Source: Acidimicrobiales bacterium
GTDB taxonomy: Bacteria; Actinomycetota; Acidimicrobiia; Acidimicrobiales; AC-14
DNA length: 28,252 nt
Direction: 5' to 3'
NCBI GenBank assembly: GCA_035540235.1
Contig: DATLGZ010000371.1
Location: forward strand, 1-28,252
Part shown: positions 8,007 to 17,651 of the stretch, one piece after another
Numbering within the stretch: the first letter of the stretch is position 1
How the letters are laid out: every line of letters starts with the position of its first letter
The notes under the pieces: generated by a model
Databases searched by the model: none
Seen by the model: the letters and a program-made list of their open reading frames with translations, nothing else
What the model was told of the DNA's origin: nothing
Position numbers and translations under genes: made by a program

Positions 8007-9299
8007 CTACGTGAGGAAACCCTCGTAGTTGCGCATCATGAGCTGGCTGTCGATCTGCTTCATGGTCTCCAGCGCGACGCCCACCGCGATCAGGATCGTC
8101 GTGCCGCCGAAGGGAAAGCTGGTGACGCCGTAGACCGCCAGGGCGATCTGGGGCAGCAGGGCGACCGAGGCAAGGAACAGCGACCCCGGAAGGGTGATGC
8201 GGTTGAGGATGGTGGCGAGGTAGCGCTCGGTGGGCGGGCCGGGCCGGATGCCCGGGATGAACCCGCCCTGCTTGCGGATGATGTCGGCCTGCTGCTGGGG
8301 GTTGAAGGTGATGGCGGTGTAGAAGTACGTGAAGAACACGATCAGCAAGCCATAGATCGTGATGTAGAACACGTTGTCGGGCTGCACCAGGTTGCGGTTG
8401 ATGAAGTCGACCACGGCGCGCCACTGCACGACGTTGGAGAGCAGCACCGGGAAGTACAGCACCGAGCTGGCGAAGATGATCGGGATGACGCCGGCCTGGT
8501 TGACCTTCAGAGGTATGTAGGTGCTCTGGCCGCCGTACATCCGCCGGCCCACGACCCGCTTGGCGAACTGGACGGGGATGCGCCGCTGGCCCTGCTCCAC
8601 GAACACGATGGCCATGATCATCAGCAGGCCGACGACGATGACCAGCGAGAAGACCACGTTGCCGCCCTCGGCCCGTACGCCCCCCACCTGGTACGGCAGG
8701 CGGCTGACCACGTTGGCGAAGATGAGGATCGACATGCCGTTGCCGATCCCCCGCTGGGTGATCAGCTCGCCCATCCACATCACCACCGCGGTGCCGGCGG
8801 TGATGGTCAGCACGATCAGGGCCACATGGGGCACGTCGAAGTTGGTGACGAGCCGGAGGTTGGTGGAGCCGCCGTCGCCCAGCAGGCCGTTGTTGAACTG
8901 GTAGGTGATGCCGGTGGCCTGCAGGATGGCGAGGCCTATCGTCATGTAACGGGTCCACTGGGTGATCTTGCGCTGGCCGATGGCGCCCTGGTTCCGCCAC
9001 TGCTCGATGCGGGGGATGACCACCGCCAGCAGCTGCATGATGATCGAGCTGGTGATGTAGGGCATGATCCCGAGGGCGAACACCGCCATCTGGGTCAGCG
9101 CACCGCCCGAGAACAGGTTGAGGAAGCCCAGGACGCCGCCCCGCTCGGCCTGGCGCTGGAGGTCCTGCACGGCGGCGAAGTCGATGCCGGGGACCGTGAT
9201 GTTCGACCCGAGCCGGTACAGGCCGATGATCATCAGGGTGAACAAGATCTTGTTCCGGAGGTCCGGGATCTTGAACATGTTCTTCATGCTTCCGAACAT
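8007..9299 (-). CDS. secY: Preprotein translocase subunit SecY
   Basis: FALGIMPYITSSII, RRIPVQFAKR, PLKVNQAGVIPIIFA, FIPGIRPG. Confidence 0.98.
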   Translation of the reverse strand: MFGSMKNMFKIPDLRNKILFTLMIIGLYRLGSNITVPGIDFAAVQDLQRQAERGGVLGFLNLFSGGALTQMAVFALGIMPYITSSIIMQLLAVVIPRIEQWRNQGAIGQRKITQWTRYMTIGLAILQATGITYQFNNGLLGDGGSTNLRLVTNFDVPHVALIVLTITAGTAVVMWMGELITQRGIGNGMSILIFANVVSRLPYQVGGVRAEGGNVVFSLVIVVGLLMIMAIVFVEQGQRRIPVQFAKRVVGRRMYGGQSTYIPLKVNQAGVIPIIFASSVLYFPVLLSNVVQWRAVVDFINRNLVQPDNVFYITIYGLLIVFFTYFYTAITFNPQQQADIIRKQGGFIPGIRPGPPTERYLATILNRITLPGSLFLASVALLPQIALAVYGVTSFPFGGTTILIAVGVALETMKQIDSQLMMRNYEGFLT

Positions 9300-9310
9300 G
9301 GCGGCTCGTC

Positions 9311-9799
9311 CTAGCGGTTGGTCAGGGCGCTGCCCCGTGAGGGCGGGCGGCCGTGCTTGTAGGGCGACGGCAACACGTCCACGCTACCGCCCGCCGCCGT
9401 GATCGCGGCCTCGGCCGACTTCGAGAAGGCGTGGGCCGACACCCGCACCGCCCGCGTCAGCTCGCCCCGCCCCAGCACCTTCACCAGGCCGTGTTTCTGC
9501 ACGAGCCCGTGGGCACGGAGGGAGTCGGGGGTGATCTCGGAGCCCTCGAAGCGCTCCAGGGTGTCGAGGTTGACCACCGCGTACTCCACCCGGAAGGGGT
9601 TGGTGAACCCCTTCAGCTTGGGCACGCGGCGAGTGAGGGGCATCTGCCCACCCTCGAACCCCGGCTTGACCCGGTTGCGGGCCCCCTGGCCCTTGGTGCC
9701 CCGACCGGCGGTCTTGCCGCCCTTGCCTCCCGTGCCCCGGCCGACCCGGCGGCGGCCGGCGTTGGACCCGGGGGCGGGCTTGAGCTCGTGGACCTTCAC
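9311..9799 (-). CDS. rplO: 50S ribosomal protein L15
   Basis: GRGTGGKGGKTAGRGTKGQGAR, FEGGQMPL. GTG overlaps the rpmD TGA. Confidence 0.97.
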   Translation of the reverse strand: MKVHELKPAPGSNAGRRRVGRGTGGKGGKTAGRGTKGQGARNRVKPGFEGGQMPLTRRVPKLKGFTNPFRVEYAVVNLDTLERFEGSEITPDSLRAHGLVQKHGLVKVLGRGELTRAVRVSAHAFSKSAEAAITAAGGSVDVLPSPYKHGRPPSRGSALTNR

Positions 9800-9993
9800 C
9801 CTTCTCCTCCTTCCTCGACCCTGACCAGGTGGGTGACCTGGGCCACCATCCCCCTGATCTCGGGCCGATCGGGCAGGACGCGCCGCTTGCCGATACGCCC
9901 CAGGCCCAGCGCCCTCAGCGTGCCGCGGTGCTTGGGCTTCGAGCCGATGGCGGAGCGGACCTGCACGACGGTGATCTCGCCCGACGGGGCCAT
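9796..9993 (-). CDS. rpmD: 50S ribosomal protein L30
   Basis: ITVVQVRSAIGSKPKHRGTLRALGL...IRGMV. ATG overlaps the rpsE stop. Confidence 0.96.
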   Translation of the reverse strand: MAPSGEITVVQVRSAIGSKPKHRGTLRALGLGRIGKRRVLPDRPEIRGMVAQVTHLVRVEEGGEG

Positions 9994-10541
9994 CACGCCA
10001 CCTCGACGGGGGTGTGAGGGCCGCGCTTGGTCTCCTTGTAGGCCCGCAGCAGCCCGCTGGGGGTGACCTCCTCGGGCGACTTGCCGCGGGCGGCCGCCAC
10101 CTCGTCGGGCCGCTTGAGGGCCTGGAGGCCGGCGATGGTGGCGTGGGCGACGTTGATGGCGTTGGACGACTTGAGCGACTTGGCCAGGATGTCGTGGATG
10201 CCCGCCGCCTCCAGGATGGCCCGGGCCGCGCCGCCGGCGATGACACCCGTGCCGGGGGCGGCCGGCTTGAGCAGGACCCGGCCTGCCCCGCGGGCGCCGA
10301 GCACGGGGTGGGTGATGGTGGAGCCGGCCAGGGGGACGTCGAAGAGGTTCTTGCGGGCCTCCTCGATGCCCTTCTGGATGGCGGCCGGCACCTCCTTGGC
10401 CTTGCCGTAGCCCAGGCCGACCCGGCCCGCGCCGTCGCCCACCACCACCAGCGCGGTGAACGAGAACCGCCGGCCGCCCTTGACGACCTTGGCGACCCGG
10501 TTGATGTCGATCACTCGTTCTTCGTACTGGTTCTCTGCCAT
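9993..10541 (-). CDS. rpsE: 30S ribosomal protein S5
   Basis: [34 protein letters not shown]. Confidence 0.98.
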   Translation of the reverse strand: MAENQYEERVIDINRVAKVVKGGRRFSFTALVVVGDGAGRVGLGYGKAKEVPAAIQKGIEEARKNLFDVPLAGSTITHPVLGARGAGRVLLKPAAPGTGVIAGGAARAILEAAGIHDILAKSLKSSNAINVAHATIAGLQALKRPDEVAAARGKSPEEVTPSGLLRAYKETKRGPHTPVEVA

Positions 10542-10586
10542 GCGCTTCCTTCCCGGGCGGCTGCCTCAGTGGGCGCCCCCGCGGCG

Positions 10587-10955
10587 TCAGAACTCCAAGC
10601 CCGCCTCTCGGGCGGCGTCGGCCACGGCCGCGACCCGGCCGTGGTACAGGTTGCCGCCCCGGTCGAACACGACCTTGGTCACGCCGGCGGCCCTGGCTCG
10701 CTCGCCCACCAGCTGGCCCACCCTGGCCGCCGCCGCCTTGTTGCCGGTGGGCCCGCCGCTGCGCAGGTCGGCCTCGACCGTGCTGGCGGCGGCGAGGGTG
10801 CGGCCCGCCACGTCGTCGATGACCTGGGCGGTGATGTGCTTGTTGGAACGGAAGACCGCCAGCCGCGGCCGTTGCGCGGTTCCCCGGACCAGCTTGCGCA
10901 CCCGCCGGTGCCGGCGCGTCCGCGCCTGCTGCTTCTGCTTCGTGGAAAACGTCAT
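10587..10955 (-). CDS. rplR: 50S ribosomal protein L18
   Basis: [37 protein letters not shown] 10955 preceded by GGAGG. Confidence 0.97.
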   Translation of the reverse strand: MTFSTKQKQQARTRRHRRVRKLVRGTAQRPRLAVFRSNKHITAQVIDDVAGRTLAAASTVEADLRSGGPTGNKAAAARVGQLVGERARAAGVTKVVFDRGGNLYHGRVAAVADAAREAGLEF

Positions 10956-11035
10956 GCGGTCCCTCCACCCAATGAGGCGGTCACCTCGGAGGTGGCCATG
11001 GCGACCACAACCGTGACCAGAACGGGGGTCGTCAC
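10952..11035 (-). other. Intergenic bridging mini-ORF rplF->rplR (27 aa, [27 protein letters not shown])
   Basis: GTG overlaps the rplF stop (GTGA). TGA overlaps the rplR start (ATGA). Confidence 0.5.
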
Positions 11036-11571
11036 TTGGCCGCCTTCCCGGCCTTGCGGCGCACGACCTCGCCGGCGTAGCGGACGCCCTTGCCCTTGTA
11101 GGGCTCGGGCTTGCGCAGCTTGCGGATGTTGGCCGCCACCTGGCCGACCGCCTCCTTGTCGTTGCCCCGCACGGTGATGCGAGTGGGGGCGGGAACCTCG
11201 AAGGTGATCCCCTCGGGCGCCTCCATCCGCACCGGGTGGCTGAAGCCGAGGGCCAGCTCGATCGTGCTCGGCCCCTGGGCCGTGGCCCGGTAGCCGACGC
11301 CCACGATCTCCAGGTCCTTCTGGAAGCCCTGGGTGACGCCCACGACCATGTTGCTGACCAGCGTGCGGGTGAGCCCGTGCAGGGCGCGGTGCTGGCGCTC
11401 GTCGTCGGGCCGCTCGACCACCAGCACGTCGCCGTCCTGGCGCACGGTGATGTCGGGCGGCAGGACGCGCTCCAGCGAGCCGCGCGGGCCCTTGACCGCG
11501 ACTCGGCGGCCGTCGAGGGTGACATCGACGCCCGAGGGTACGGGGATGGGGGCTCGGCCGATTCGGGACAT
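11032..11571 (-). CDS. rplF: 50S ribosomal protein L6
   Basis: [26 protein letters not shown]. Confidence 0.98.
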   Translation of the reverse strand: MSRIGRAPIPVPSGVDVTLDGRRVAVKGPRGSLERVLPPDITVRQDGDVLVVERPDDERQHRALHGLTRTLVSNMVVGVTQGFQKDLEIVGVGYRATAQGPSTIELALGFSHPVRMEAPEGITFEVPAPTRITVRGNDKEAVGQVAANIRKLRKPEPYKGKGVRYAGEVVRRKAGKAAK

Positions 11572-11580
11572 GTCGCTACC

Positions 11581-11985
11581 TCACCACACGTAACAGAGGA
11601 TCTCGCCGCCGACGCGGCGCTCCCGGGCCTCTCGGTCGGTCATCAGGCCCTGGCTGGTGGACAGCACCGCCACGCCCAGGCCGCCCAGCACCCGGGGGAG
11701 GCGGTCGGCCTTGGTGTAGACCCGCAGGCCCGGCTTGGACACCCGCCGGATGCCGGTGATCGTCGGCACCCGTTCGGTGCTGTACTTCAGGTCGATCTCG
11801 AGCGTGCGCCCGGGGCGGCCCGGATGCTCGCTCACCCTGAAGTCGACGACGTACCCCTCCCGGCGGAGGATGGCGGCGAGCGCCTCCTTCAGCTTGGAGG
11901 AGGGCATGCGTACCGTCTCCTGGGCCGCCACGCTCCCGTTGCGGATACGGGTGAGCATGTCGGCGATCGGGTCGGTCATCGTCAT
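11581..11985 (-). CDS. rpsH: 30S ribosomal protein S8
   Basis: [33 protein letters not shown]. Confidence 0.98.
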   Translation of the reverse strand: MTMTDPIADMLTRIRNGSVAAQETVRMPSSKLKEALAAILRREGYVVDFRVSEHPGRPGRTLEIDLKYSTERVPTITGIRRVSKPGLRVYTKADRLPRVLGGLGVAVLSTSQGLMTDREARERRVGGEILCYVW

Positions 11986-12005
11986 AGTGCCGCTCCTCCT
12001 CTCAC
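11982..12005 (-). other. Intergenic bridging mini-ORF rpsN->rpsH (7 aa, MRGGAAL)
   Basis: GTG AGA GGA GGA GCG GCA CTA TGA, with GTGA and ATGA overlaps at the two ends. Confidence 0.4.
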
Positions 12006-12187
12006 CAGCTCGACTTCGTGACGCCCGGCACCTCGCCGGCGTGGGTCATCTCCCGCAGGCAGATCCGGCACAGCCCGAAGGCCCGCAGCACCGCCCGCGA
12101 GCGCCCGCACTTGCGGCAGCGCGTGTAGGCCCGCACCTTGAAACGGGGCTTGCGGGCCTGCTTGATCATCAGGGACTTCTTGGCCAT
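12002..12187 (-). CDS. rpsN: 30S ribosomal protein S14, type Z (Zn-binding)
   Basis: 61 aa, RCRKCGR...GLCRIC. Confidence 0.98.
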   Translation of the reverse strand: MAKKSLMIKQARKPRFKVRAYTRCRKCGRSRAVLRAFGLCRICLREMTHAGEVPGVTKSSW

Positions 12188-12817
12188 TTAGGTGGAGCCC
12201 TCCCGACGGAAGGGGAAGCCGAAGGCGTCGAGCAGAGCCCGGCCGCCGGCGTCGTCCTGCGCCGTCGTCACGATGGTGATGTCCATTCCGCGGACGGTGT
12301 CGATCTTGTCGTAGTCGATCTCGGGGAAGATGAGCTGCTCGTTCACGCCGAACGTGTAGTTGCCGCGGCCGTCGAAGGCGTTGGCGGGGAGCCCCCGGAA
12401 GTCCCGGATGCGGGGGATCGTGACGCTGATGAGGCGGTCGAGGAACTCCCACATGCGGTCGCCCCGGAGGGTGACCTTGGCGCCGATGGCGTTGCCCTCC
12501 CGCAGCTTGAAGGCGGCGATGGAGCGGCGAGCCCGGGTGACCAGCGGCTTCTGGCCCGTGATCAGGGTGAGGTCGTTGACCGCGCCCTCGAGGAGCGACG
12601 CCTGCTGGGTGGCCTTGCCCACGCCCATGTTGACCACGATCTTCTCGAGCCGGGGAACCTGCATGACGTTGGCCAGGCCCCGCTGGTCCTTGATCCGAGC
12701 TTGCAGCTCGTCGCGGTAGCGGAGCTTGAGCCGGGGCGGCTCGCGGGGGGCCAGCGGCTCGTTGGAGGGCGCCCCGTCCCGCTGCTTCCTCTTCTGGTCC
12801 TTGGCAGTCGTGGCCAT
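12188..12817 (-). CDS. rplE: 50S ribosomal protein L5 (N-terminal extension)
   Basis: [46 protein letters not shown] 12817 preceded by GGAGG. Confidence 0.97.
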   Translation of the reverse strand: MATTAKDQKRKQRDGAPSNEPLAPREPPRLKLRYRDELQARIKDQRGLANVMQVPRLEKIVVNMGVGKATQQASLLEGAVNDLTLITGQKPLVTRARRSIAAFKLREGNAIGAKVTLRGDRMWEFLDRLISVTIPRIRDFRGLPANAFDGRGNYTFGVNEQLIFPEIDYDKIDTVRGMDITIVTTAQDDAGGRALLDAFGFPFRREGST

Positions 12818-12840
12818 CAGTTCGATCCTCCGCCGATCAC
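12817..12840 (-). other. Intergenic bridging mini-ORF rplX->rplE (7 aa, MIGGGSN)
   Basis: GTG ATC GGC GGA GGA TCG AAC TGA, with GTGA and TGATG overlaps. Confidence 0.4.
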
Positions 12841-13139
12841 AGCTCTCCCTTGCACTTCTTGCAGATGCGGATCTTCTCTCTGCCCGAGATCCGGTAGCCG
12901 ATGCGGGTCGGACCGCAGCTGCCGCACACGATGGCCACGTTGGAGGCCGGCAGCGGCATGTCCTTGTCGATGATGCCGGCCTGCATGGTGGCCCGCAGGG
13001 CACGCTGGTGCTTCTTGGCCACGTTCACGCCCTCGACGATCACCCGGTCCTCCTTGGGGAGCACGCGCATGATGTCGCCCTCGTCGCCCCGGTCCTTCCC
13101 GGTGAGGACCCTGACCCGGTCACCCTTCTTGAGCTTCAT
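12837..13139 (-). CDS. rplX: 50S ribosomal protein L24
   Basis: [28 protein letters not shown]. CxxC...CxxC at the C-terminus. Confidence 0.97.
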   Translation of the reverse strand: MKLKKGDRVRVLTGKDRGDEGDIMRVLPKEDRVIVEGVNVAKKHQRALRATMQAGIIDKDMPLPASNVAIVCGSCGPTRIGYRISGREKIRICKKCKGEL

Positions 13140-13507
13140 CACAACACCTCCGGCGCCAGCGACACGATGCGCATGAACTTCTTGTCCCGCAGCTCCCGAC
13201 CCACGGGGCCGAAGATGCGGGTGCCCCGGGGCTGGAGCGCGTCGTTGATGAGGACGGCAGCGTTCTCGTCGAAGCGGATGTAGGAGCCGTCGGGGCGCCG
13301 GTTCTCCTTCTTGGTGCGCACGACGACGCACTTGACCACGTCGCCCTTCTTCACCGCCGCCCCCGGGATGGCGTCCTTGACGGTGCCGACGATGATGTCG
13401 CCGATCGAGGCGTAGCGGCGCTTCGAGCCCCCCAGCACCTTGATGCAGAGGACCTCCTTGGCCCCCGAGTTGTCTGCCACCCGGAGCCGCGTCTCCTGCT
13501 GGATCAC
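13139..13507 (-). CDS. rplN: 50S ribosomal protein L14
   Basis: [35 protein letters not shown]. Confidence 0.98.
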   Translation of the reverse strand: MIQQETRLRVADNSGAKEVLCIKVLGGSKRRYASIGDIIVGTVKDAIPGAAVKKGDVVKCVVVRTKKENRRPDGSYIRFDENAAVLINDALQPRGTRIFGPVGRELRDKKFMRIVSLAPEVL

Positions 13508-13536
13508 TGTGCCGTCCTGTCGTTTGTGGAGCTCAC
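13504..13536 (-). other. Intergenic bridging mini-ORF rpsQ->rplN (10 aa, [10 protein letters not shown])
   Basis: GTG overlaps the rpsQ stop. TGA overlaps the rplN GTG (GTGA at both ends). Confidence 0.45.
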
Positions 13537-13826
13537 TTCGCCCTCTCCAGGATCTGCACGACGCGCCACCGCTTGAGCTTCGACATGGGGCGCGTCTCCA
13601 TGAGGCGGACCCGGTCGCCCAACTTGGCGTCGTTGGCCTCGTCGTGGGCGTGGAACCGCTTCGTGCGCTGGACCGTCTTGTCGTAGCGGGGGTGACGCAC
13701 CCGCTCGATCACGGCCACCACCGCGGTCTTGTCGCCGGCGGTGGAGACCACCACCCCCTCCCGGACCTTGCGGCGGTTGGGGCGGGGCGTCGATGCGGCC
13801 GGCGAGGAGGCGGACTGGTCAGCCAC
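13533..13826 (-). CDS. rpsQ: 30S ribosomal protein S17
   Basis: GVVVS..DKT.VV, HPRY.K, AHDE, ETRPMSK.KRW. Confidence 0.97.
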   Translation of the reverse strand: MADQSASSPAASTPRPNRRKVREGVVVSTAGDKTAVVAVIERVRHPRYDKTVQRTKRFHAHDEANDAKLGDRVRLMETRPMSKLKRWRVVQILERAK

Positions 13827-14052
13827 GACGGCTCCCTTCGTGTTCGGCCGCCTCGGCGGCGGCTATCTCCCGCTCCCTCAGCAGACCGTTGATGCGGGCC
13901 ACCTCCCTGCGGAGCTGTCCCAGGCGGGCGTAGTTGTCGAGCTGGCCGGTGACGTGCTGGAACCGCAGGTTGAACAGCTCGTGCTTGCTCTCGACCAGGC
14001 GGGTCTGCAGCTCGTCGTCGTCCATGTCTCGCAGCTCGGAAGGCTTGGGCAT
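13819..14052 (-). CDS. rpmC: 50S ribosomal protein L29
   Basis: [16 protein letters not shown]...RREVARI. ATG 14052 overlaps the rplP stop. Confidence 0.96.
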   Translation of the reverse strand: MPKPSELRDMDDDELQTRLVESKHELFNLRFQHVTGQLDNYARLGQLRREVARINGLLREREIAAAEAAEHEGSRRG

Positions 14053-14468
14053 CAGATCTCCTCCGACCGCACGACGACCTTGGCCTTGATGGGCAGCTTC
14101 TGGATGGCCCGCTCGAGGGCCTCCCGGGCCAGCGCCTCGTTGACGCCCGCCAGCTCGAACATGATCCGCCCGGGCTTCACCACCGCCACCCAGTGCTCGG
14201 GGTTGCCCTTGCCCGACCCCATGCGGGTCTCGGCCGGCTTCTGAGTGACGGGCTTGTCGGGGAAAACGTTGATGAAGACCTTTCCCCCACGCTTGATGTG
14301 GCGGGTCATGGCGATACGGGCGGCCTCGATCTGGCGGGCCGTGATCCACCCCGGCTCCAGGGCCTGGATGCCGTAGTCGCCGTAGTTGATGGTGGTGCCG
14401 CCCTTGGCCGTGCCGGTCATCCGGCCACGGTGCTGCTTGCGGTGCTTGACCCGTCGGGGCATCAACAT
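14052..14468 (-). CDS. rplP: 50S ribosomal protein L16
   Basis: [30 protein letters not shown]. Confidence 0.98.
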   Translation of the reverse strand: MLMPRRVKHRKQHRGRMTGTAKGGTTINYGDYGIQALEPGWITARQIEAARIAMTRHIKRGGKVFINVFPDKPVTQKPAETRMGSGKGNPEHWVAVVKPGRIMFELAGVNEALAREALERAIQKLPIKAKVVVRSEEI

Positions 14469-14482
14469 GGCATGGACCTCAC
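14462..14482 (-). other. Intergenic bridging mini-ORF rpsC->rplP (6 aa, MRSMPC)
   Basis: GTG AGG TCC ATG CCA TGT TGA. The stop lies inside the rplP ATG-TTG-ATG start. Confidence 0.4.
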
Positions 14483-15396
14483 TCGTCCCCGCTGCGGAAG
14501 TGCGGGGTCTCGTGGTGCTGGCGCGTGCGCCGCTCGATCTCCTCCTCCTCGGCGAGGAGGCGCTCCAGCTCGGGGTCGGCCTCCTTCACCACCGGGCCGG
14601 TGTCGACGGGGAGCTCGCCGTCGGGCGGGACGGGCACGCCTTCCTCGCCCTCGGGACGGCGGCGGCCGCCGCCGGCGGAGATGATGCGCCGGGGCCGGGC
14701 CGGGCCGGACGTCTCGCCCACCGCCATGCCCGCCTCCCGGGAGATCTTGTCCTCCATCGACGTGCGGTAGGGGAGGATGTCGCCCTTGTAGATCCACACC
14801 TTCACGCCGATGCGCCCGAAGGTGGTGCGGGCCTCGCGGAACCCGTAGTCGATGTCGGAGCGGAGGGTGTGCAAGGGCACCCGCCCCTCGCGGTACCACT
14901 CGCTGCGGGCCATCTCCGAGCCGCCCAGGCGTCCCGAGCACTGGACGCGGATGCCCTGGGCCCCCGCCTTCTGGGCGGTCTGCACGGCCCGCTTCATCGC
15001 CCGCCGGAAGCTGACCCGCCCGGCCAGCTGGTCGGCCACGCCCTGAGCGATGAGGGCGGCATCCAGCTCGGGCTGGCGGATCTCCTGGATGTTGAGCTGG
15101 ATCTTGACGTTGCCGGTCAGCTTGGCCAGGTCGGCGCGGAGGCGATCGGCCTCGGCGCCCCGGCGGCCGATGACGATGCCGGGTCGGGCGGTGTGGACGT
15201 CGACCCGGAGGCGGTCACGCGTGCGCTCCACCTCGATGCGGCTGATGGCGGCGTGAGGCAGCTGGCGCATCAGGTAGTCGCGGATCTTCCAGTCCTCGAT
15301 GAGGTAGTCGGTGTAATCACGGTCGCTGAACCAGCGCGACTTCCAGTCGGTGGTGACACCGAGCCGGAACCCGTAGGGGTTGACCTTCTGACCCAT
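14479..15396 (-). CDS. rpsC: 30S ribosomal protein S3 with long C-terminal extension
   Basis: [37 protein letters not shown]. Confidence 0.98.
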   Translation of the reverse strand: MGQKVNPYGFRLGVTTDWKSRWFSDRDYTDYLIEDWKIRDYLMRQLPHAAISRIEVERTRDRLRVDVHTARPGIVIGRRGAEADRLRADLAKLTGNVKIQLNIQEIRQPELDAALIAQGVADQLAGRVSFRRAMKRAVQTAQKAGAQGIRVQCSGRLGGSEMARSEWYREGRVPLHTLRSDIDYGFREARTTFGRIGVKVWIYKGDILPYRTSMEDKISREAGMAVGETSGPARPRRIISAGGGRRRPEGEEGVPVPPDGELPVDTGPVVKEADPELERLLAEEEEIERRTRQHHETPHFRSGDE

Positions 15397-15400
15397 TGCG

Positions 15401-16135
15401 CTACTCGGCCCTCTCGTCGTCGTTGCTCGTGGCGTCGTCGGTGGTCTCGGTGGCCCCCGCGGTGTCGGCGTCGGCGGGAGCGGCGTCGGCGGGAGCGGCG
15501 ACCTCGGTCTCCGGTTCGGGTGCGGCGACCGGGTCGATCTCCGGCTCCAACTCGGGTGCGGCGGTGGCGCCTACCGGCGCCGCCTCCTGGTCCTGGTCGC
15601 GGCGGCGGCTCGCCTGCACCCGGCGCTCGCGCTCGGGTGACGGCCCGCTGCGGCTCACCCGCCGGCGCCGGTCGGCCGCGCCCGGGACCCGGGCTGCTCG
15701 CCGCTTCCGCAACTCGGTCTCGGGCAGGCGGCTGACGACCACCGTCACGTGGCAGGTGCGCTTGCGGATTCGGGTCGCCCGACCCCTCGCTCGGGGACGC
15801 CAGCGCTTGAGCGTGGGCCCCTCGTCGGCGTAGCACGCCGACACGAACAGCTCCTCGGCCGGCACCTCGCCGTTGTGCTCGGCGTTGGCGATGGCCGAGC
15901 GCAGCACCTTGCCGACCACCGCGGCGGCGTCGCGCTCGCAGAACTGCAGGGTCTCCTGGGCCCGCTCGGCGTCCTGGCCGCGGATGAGGTCGAGCACCTC
16001 CCGGACCTTGTAGGCCGACACCCGCACGTAGCGGGCGACCGCCCGCGCCGACGTGCCCCCCGGCTCCACCGCCCGGGCCGGGCCGGTGGGGCTGGTGCGC
16101 AGGACAGGCTGCTCGTTGAGCTTGGGACCGGTCAT
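15401..16135 (-). CDS. rplV: 50S ribosomal protein L22 with N- and C-terminal extensions (244 aa)
   Basis: [51 protein letters not shown] 16135 lies 2 nt after the rpsS stop. Confidence 0.93.
   Translation of the reverse strand: MTGPKLNEQPVLRTSPTGPARAVEPGGTSARAVARYVRVSAYKVREVLDLIRGQDAERAQETLQFCERDAAAVVGKVLRSAIANAEHNGEVPAEELFVSACYADEGPTLKRWRPRARGRATRIRKRTCHVTVVVSRLPETELRKRRAARVPGAADRRRRVSRSGPSPERERRVQASRRRDQDQEAAPVGATAAPELEPEIDPVAAPEPETEVAAPADAAPADADTAGATETTDDATSNDDERAE
15466..15500. repeat. 15-bp tandem repeat (CGGCGTCGGCGGGAG x2.3) in the L22 tail
   Basis: Two exact copies plus CGGCG, encoding AAPAD repeats. Confidence 0.85.
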
Positions 16136-16137
16136 GG

Positions 16138-16416
16138 CTACCTCCGGCCCGACCGTTCCTGGCCGGCGTGGAAGCGGAAGGTGCGGGTCAGAGCGAACTC
16201 GCCCAGCTTGTGGCCCACCATGGCCTCGGTGATGTAGACGGGCACGTGCTTGCGCCCGTCGTGGACGGCGATTGTGTGGCCGACCATGTCGGGGATGATC
16301 GTGGACCGCCGGGACCACGTCTTGATCACCCGCTTCTCGCCGCGGGAGTTGAGGTCGTCGACCTTCCTGAGCAGGTGGTCGTCGACGAACGGCCCCTTCT
16401 TGACACTTCTGCTCAT
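16138..16416 (-). CDS. rpsS: 30S ribosomal protein S19
   Basis: [32 protein letters not shown]. Confidence 0.98.
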   Translation of the reverse strand: MSRSVKKGPFVDDHLLRKVDDLNSRGEKRVIKTWSRRSTIIPDMVGHTIAVHDGRKHVPVYITEAMVGHKLGEFALTRTFRFHAGQERSGRR

Positions 16417-16514
16417 CGGGTGGCCACCTCCGGTGGCTGCCCCGATGACCGGAAGGCGCATGACATGGCGCTGTGCTCCTCCGCTGCGCTTCGGTGCTCG
16501 ATTGTCCTGCTCAT
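16413..16514 (-). other. Intergenic bridging mini-ORF rplB->rpsS (33 aa), MIRU-like architecture
   Basis: ATGA overlap with the rplB stop and ATGA overlap with the rpsS start. Sequence [33 protein letters not shown]. Confidence 0.55.
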
Positions 16515-17347
16515 CGGCGGGCTCCACGGGTACGGCGCCGCCGCACGATCAGGCGCTGGGACGGCTTGTTCTTCTTGCGGGTGCGACCCTCGGGCTTGCC
16601 CCAGGGCGACACGGGATGGCGGCCCCCGGACGACTTGCCCTCGCCGCCGCCCAGGGGGTGGTCGACAGGGTTCATGGCCACGCCCCGGGTCTGGGGGCGG
16701 ACCCCCCGCCACCGGTTCCGGCCTGCCTTGCCCAGGGAGGTGAGCTCGGCCTCCGGGTTGCCGACCTCGCCCACGGTGCCCCGGCAGTCGATGGGTACCC
16801 GGCGCATCTCGGTGCTGGGCAGGCGGAGGGTGGCGAAGTCGCCCTCCTTGGCCACCAGCTGGATGGCGGACCCTGCGCCCCGGCCCATCTTGCCGCCGCC
16901 GCCCGGCTTCAGCTCCACGTTGTGCACGGTGGTGCCGACGGGGATGTACCGCAACGGCAGGGCGTTGCCCGGCCGGATCTCGGCCTTCTGGCCGCTCTGC
17001 AGGACGTCGCCCACCTTCACCCGGGCCGGGGCGAGGATGTAGCGCTTCTCGCCGTCGACGTAGTGGAGCAGGGCGATGCGGGCGTTGCGGTTGGGGTCGT
17101 ACTCGATGGCTGCGACCTTGGCCGGGATGTCGTCCTTGGTGCGCTTGAAGTCGATGATGCGGTACTGCTGCTTGTGGCCGCCGCCGCGGTGGCGGGCGGT
17201 CTTGCGGCCGTAGCTGTTGCGGCCGCCCGACTTGGGCAGGGGGGCCAGCAGCGACTTCTCGGGAGTGGTCTTGGTGATCTCCGAGAAGTCCGACACCGTC
17301 TGGAACCGGCGGCCGGCACTCGTCGGCTTGCGCTTGCGAAGGGGCAT
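16511..17347 (-). CDS. rplB: 50S ribosomal protein L2
   Basis: [38 protein letters not shown]. Confidence 0.98.
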   Translation of the reverse strand: MPLRKRKPTSAGRRFQTVSDFSEITKTTPEKSLLAPLPKSGGRNSYGRKTARHRGGGHKQQYRIIDFKRTKDDIPAKVAAIEYDPNRNARIALLHYVDGEKRYILAPARVKVGDVLQSGQKAEIRPGNALPLRYIPVGTTVHNVELKPGGGGKMGRGAGSAIQLVAKEGDFATLRLPSTEMRRVPIDCRGTVGEVGNPEAELTSLGKAGRNRWRGVRPQTRGVAMNPVDHPLGGGEGKSSGGRHPVSPWGKPEGRTRKKNKPSQRLIVRRRRTRGARR

Positions 17348-17360
17348 GTCTGCTACCGCC

Positions 17361-17651
17361 TCACGTCTCGAACAGGTCGATCCGGTTGCCGGCCGACAGG
17401 GTGACGATGGCCCGCTTGGTGTCGGGGCGCTTGCCGAAGGTGGGGAGGCGCCGGTTGCGCTTGCGCTTCCCCTTGCGGTTGAGGGTGTTCACCTTGGTGA
17501 CCCGAACGTTGAAGATCTGCTCCACCGCGTCGCGGATCTGGATCTTGGTGGCGTCGGAACGGACGATGAAGGTGTACACGTTGTCATCGAGCAGGGCGTA
17601 GGACTTCTCGCTCACGACCGGCCGCAGGACGACGTCGCGCGGATCGCTCAC
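17361..17651 (-). CDS. rplW: 50S ribosomal protein L23
   Basis: [12 protein letters not shown]...[21 protein letters not shown]. Confidence 0.97.
   Translation of the reverse strand: MSDPRDVVLRPVVSEKSYALLDDNVYTFIVRSDATKIQIRDAVEQIFNVRVTKVNTLNRKGKRKRNRRLPTFGKRPDTKRAIVTLSAGNRIDLFET

Noticed and set aside
10542-10586. rplR-rpsE spacer as a bridge ORF
   Set aside because: No ATG or GTG overlaps the rplR stop (CTGA), and that frame has no stop at the rpsE start. Counted as the exception.
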